From the NCBI GenBank assembly GCA_022705345.1, contig JAKJEQ010000002.1, positions 1 through 44,212 of the forward strand: a stretch of 44,212 nucleotides of DNA, read 5' to 3'. This document shows, one piece after another, positions 42,398-44,212 of the stretch. Within the stretch, counting starts at the first letter, position 1. Each line of letters begins with the position of its first letter. Made by a program: the position numbers and the translations under genes. This DNA comes from Planctomycetota bacterium. Its GTDB lineage: Bacteria; Planctomycetota; Phycisphaerae; Sedimentisphaerales; UBA12454. Under the pieces are notes generated by a model, which saw only the letters and a list, made by a program, of their open reading frames with translations, was not told the origin of the DNA and did no database searches.

Positions 42398-44212
42398 TTA
42401 TTCCGATTTCTTGCATTGTCCGCATTGTAATGCGGCAAGCTGCTGGACGAGATTGAAACGTTCAATGACGTCCTGCTTTGCCTGGTTCATCAGCTCGGCA
42501 GCAATCTGGGGTTTGGCATTCTTCAATGTGCGATACCTGTTTTCGCTATAAGCGTATTCAGTGAAGTCCGCGGTCGGAGCTTTTGAATCAAGCTGCAACG
42601 GGTTCTGGCCTTGCGCCTTCAAATCAGGATTGAACCTGTAGAGCGGCCAATAACCACTTGCGACGGCCTGCTTCTGGTGTTCGTAGCCGTTAAGGAGATT
42701 GTAGCCGTGCGCGATACAATGCGAATAGGCGATAATCAGCGACGGTCCATTGTAGTTTTCCGCTTCGACAAATGCCTTTACGGTTTGAGCCATATTTGCG
42801 CCGAGCGCGACTTTTGCGACGTAAATGCTGCCGTAAGTCATCGCGAGCATCGCAAGGTCTTTCTTGGCAAGGGATTTTCCTGCCGCGGCGAACTGAGCAA
42901 CAGCGGCGCGCGGGGTAGATTTCGACATCTGGCCGCCTGTGTTGGAATATACTTCTGTGTCGAGAACGAGAATGTTGACGTTCTTTCCGCTTGCCAGGAC
43001 GTGGTCGAGACCGCCGTAGCCGATATCATAGGCCCAGCCGTCACCGCCCAAAGCCCAAACGCTTTTGCGTACGAGGTAATCTGCGACGCTGAGGAGCTGC
43101 TCGCATTGCGGGCATTTCTTCTGTGAGCAGATGTCTTTGAGTTTGGCAACTCTTTGGCGCTGCTTTTCGATTTCGACTTGTGACGGGTCGTTGGCGACAG
43201 CGGCCTGTTTGATCTCGTCAGCGAAAGCTGCTTCGAGGCAGTTGTTCTTTGCGGCGAGGTCGAGCTGTTCGATTGCGAAACCTTTGAATTTATCGACAGC
43301 CAGGCGCATGCCCATAGCGAACTCTGCATTGTCTTCGAATAAGCTGTTGCTCCATGCGGGGCCTTTGCCGTCGGGTCTGACGGTGTATGGCGTTGTGGGG
43401 AGATTTCCGCCGTAGATCGAAGAGCAGCCGGTGGCGTTGCCGATGAGGGCACGATCGCCAAAGAGCTGGGTCAGCAGTTTTACGTATGGCGTTTCGCCGC
43501 AGCCGGCACAAGCACCGGAGTATTCGAAGAGCGGCTGGACGAGCTGGCTTCCTTTTACAGTGTTGACTTTGAACAGCGACTGGTCGGTGTTCGGGATGGA
43601 AAGGAAGTGAGCGTAATTTTCTCTTTCGGAGGCACGCAGCGGTTCCTGCAGAGACATATTGATAGCCTTTTTTCCAGTGGGCTGTTTGTTTGCGTCTCTT
43701 TCGATGCCGGGGCATGTCATAACGCAATTTCCGCAGCCGGTGCAGTCTTCGGGGGCGACCTGAACGGTGAATTTCATGCCTGCGAATTCCTTGCCTTTCG
43801 CGTCGGCGGCCTTGAATGTCTTTGGCGCGTTATCGGCGTATTTTTTGTCGTAGGCTTTGACTCTGATTGTCGCGTGCGGGCAAACGAGAGAGCACTGGCC
43901 GCACTGGATGCAGAGGCTCGGTTCCCATGCGGGGATGTGAACGCCGATGTTGCGTTTTTCATATTGGGTTGTTCCGCTTGGGAATTTGCCGTCGATTGGC
44001 ATTTTGCTGACGGGGATTTTGTCGCCTTTGTCGGCGATGATTTCGCCGAGGACTTCCTTGACGAACTTCGGAGCGTCTGCGGGAACGGCCGGCGGCATTT
44101 GCTTTTTGCTTGTTACAGATGCCGGGACTTTTACTTCAAACACTTCGCTCAGCGCGGCGTCAACGGCGGCGTTGTTCATATCTACGACCTTCTGGCCTTT
44201 TTTGCCGTAGGT
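42398..44212 (-). CDS. nifJ: Pyruvate:ferredoxin (flavodoxin) oxidoreductase, C-terminal ~600 aa (partial, continues beyond the right edge)
   Basis: Two 4Fe-4S motifs (CIQCGQCSLVCP, CTGCGNCVMTCP), GCGETPY, and the TPP-binding region GGDGWAYDIGYGGLDHV. The frame stays open upstream of the listed Met (..TYGKKGQKVVDMNNAAVD) to the window end. Confidence 0.9.
   Translation of the reverse strand, partial: TYGKKGQKVVDMNNAAVDAALSEVFEVKVPASVTSKKQMPPAVPADAPKFVKEVLGEIIADKGDKIPVSKMPIDGKFPSGTTQYEKRNIGVHIPAWEPSLCIQCGQCSLVCPHATIRVKAYDKKYADNAPKTFKAADAKGKEFAGMKFTVQVAPEDCTGCGNCVMTCPGIERDANKQPTGKKAINMSLQEPLRASERENYAHFLSIPNTDQSLFKVNTVKGSQLVQPLFEYSGACAGCGETPYVKLLTQLFGDRALIGNATGCSSIYGGNLPTTPYTVRPDGKGPAWSNSLFEDNAEFAMGMRLAVDKFKGFAIEQLDLAAKNNCLEAAFADEIKQAAVANDPSQVEIEKQRQRVAKLKDICSQKKCPQCEQLLSVADYLVRKSVWALGGDGWAYDIGYGGLDHVLASGKNVNILVLDTEVYSNTGGQMSKSTPRAAVAQFAAAGKSLAKKDLAMLAMTYGSIYVAKVALGANMAQTVKAFVEAENYNGPSLIIAYSHCIAHGYNLLNGYEHQKQAVASGYWPLYRFNPDLKAQGQNPLQLDSKAPTADFTEYAYSENRYRTLKNAKPQIAAELMNQAKQDVIERFNLVQQLAALQCGQCKKSE

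Noticed and set aside
1-44212. tRNA, tmRNA or rRNA genes
   Set aside because: No T-arm (GGTTCGAATCC-like) or rRNA signature strings were noticed in any intergenic region on either strand. This was a scan by eye only, so tRNAscan-SE or Infernal should confirm it.

Overview
This 44.2-kb window is chromosomal. It looks like a PVC/Planctomycetota-type bacterium, because it has four PEP-CTERM-tailed secreted proteins, a prepilin-type (DUF1559-style) protein and a giant pectate-lyase/SBBP/RCC1 protein with dockerin-like motifs. That taxonomic call is inference only. The housekeeping backbone is well supported: sugE-like SMR exporter, tyrS, an unusually long secA, efp, citrate synthase, trxB, an arsC-type LMW phosphatase, a MATE exporter, RNase P RNA, polA, a YacL-like PIN/TRAM protein and the C-terminal half of pyruvate:ferredoxin oxidoreductase (runs off the right edge). 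Between these lie accessory pieces. They include a DUF4258/DUF2283 toxin-antitoxin-like pair, a decayed mobile remnant (GIY-YIG, HTH, HNH-AP2, Cys-rich ORF), an orphan phage terminase large subunit and a CI/LexA-type repressor. A ~204-bp MITE-like element with 16-bp terminal inverted repeats is present in three copies, along with smaller REP-like palindromes and several tandem repeat arrays. The best candidate for an undescribed system is an AT-rich, four-gene, translationally coupled operon at 38745-41635. It encodes a Panacea/DUF4065-like protein, a three-TM membrane protein, a small PD-(D/E)xK nuclease-fold protein and a 438-aa protein carrying a tRNA-guanine-transglycosylase-type CxCxxC...H zinc motif. 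It sits between the repressor plus a six-copy ~21-bp iteron-like array on the left and a repeat-rich junction on the right. Other notable observations are a ~631-nt RNase P RNA with three long helix expansions, two gene disruptions that each map to a 7-nt homopolymer, an in-frame TGA inside an RCC1 repeat, and a SecA carrying about five tandem wing-domain-like modules. All functional calls come from reading motifs by eye. No database search was run.
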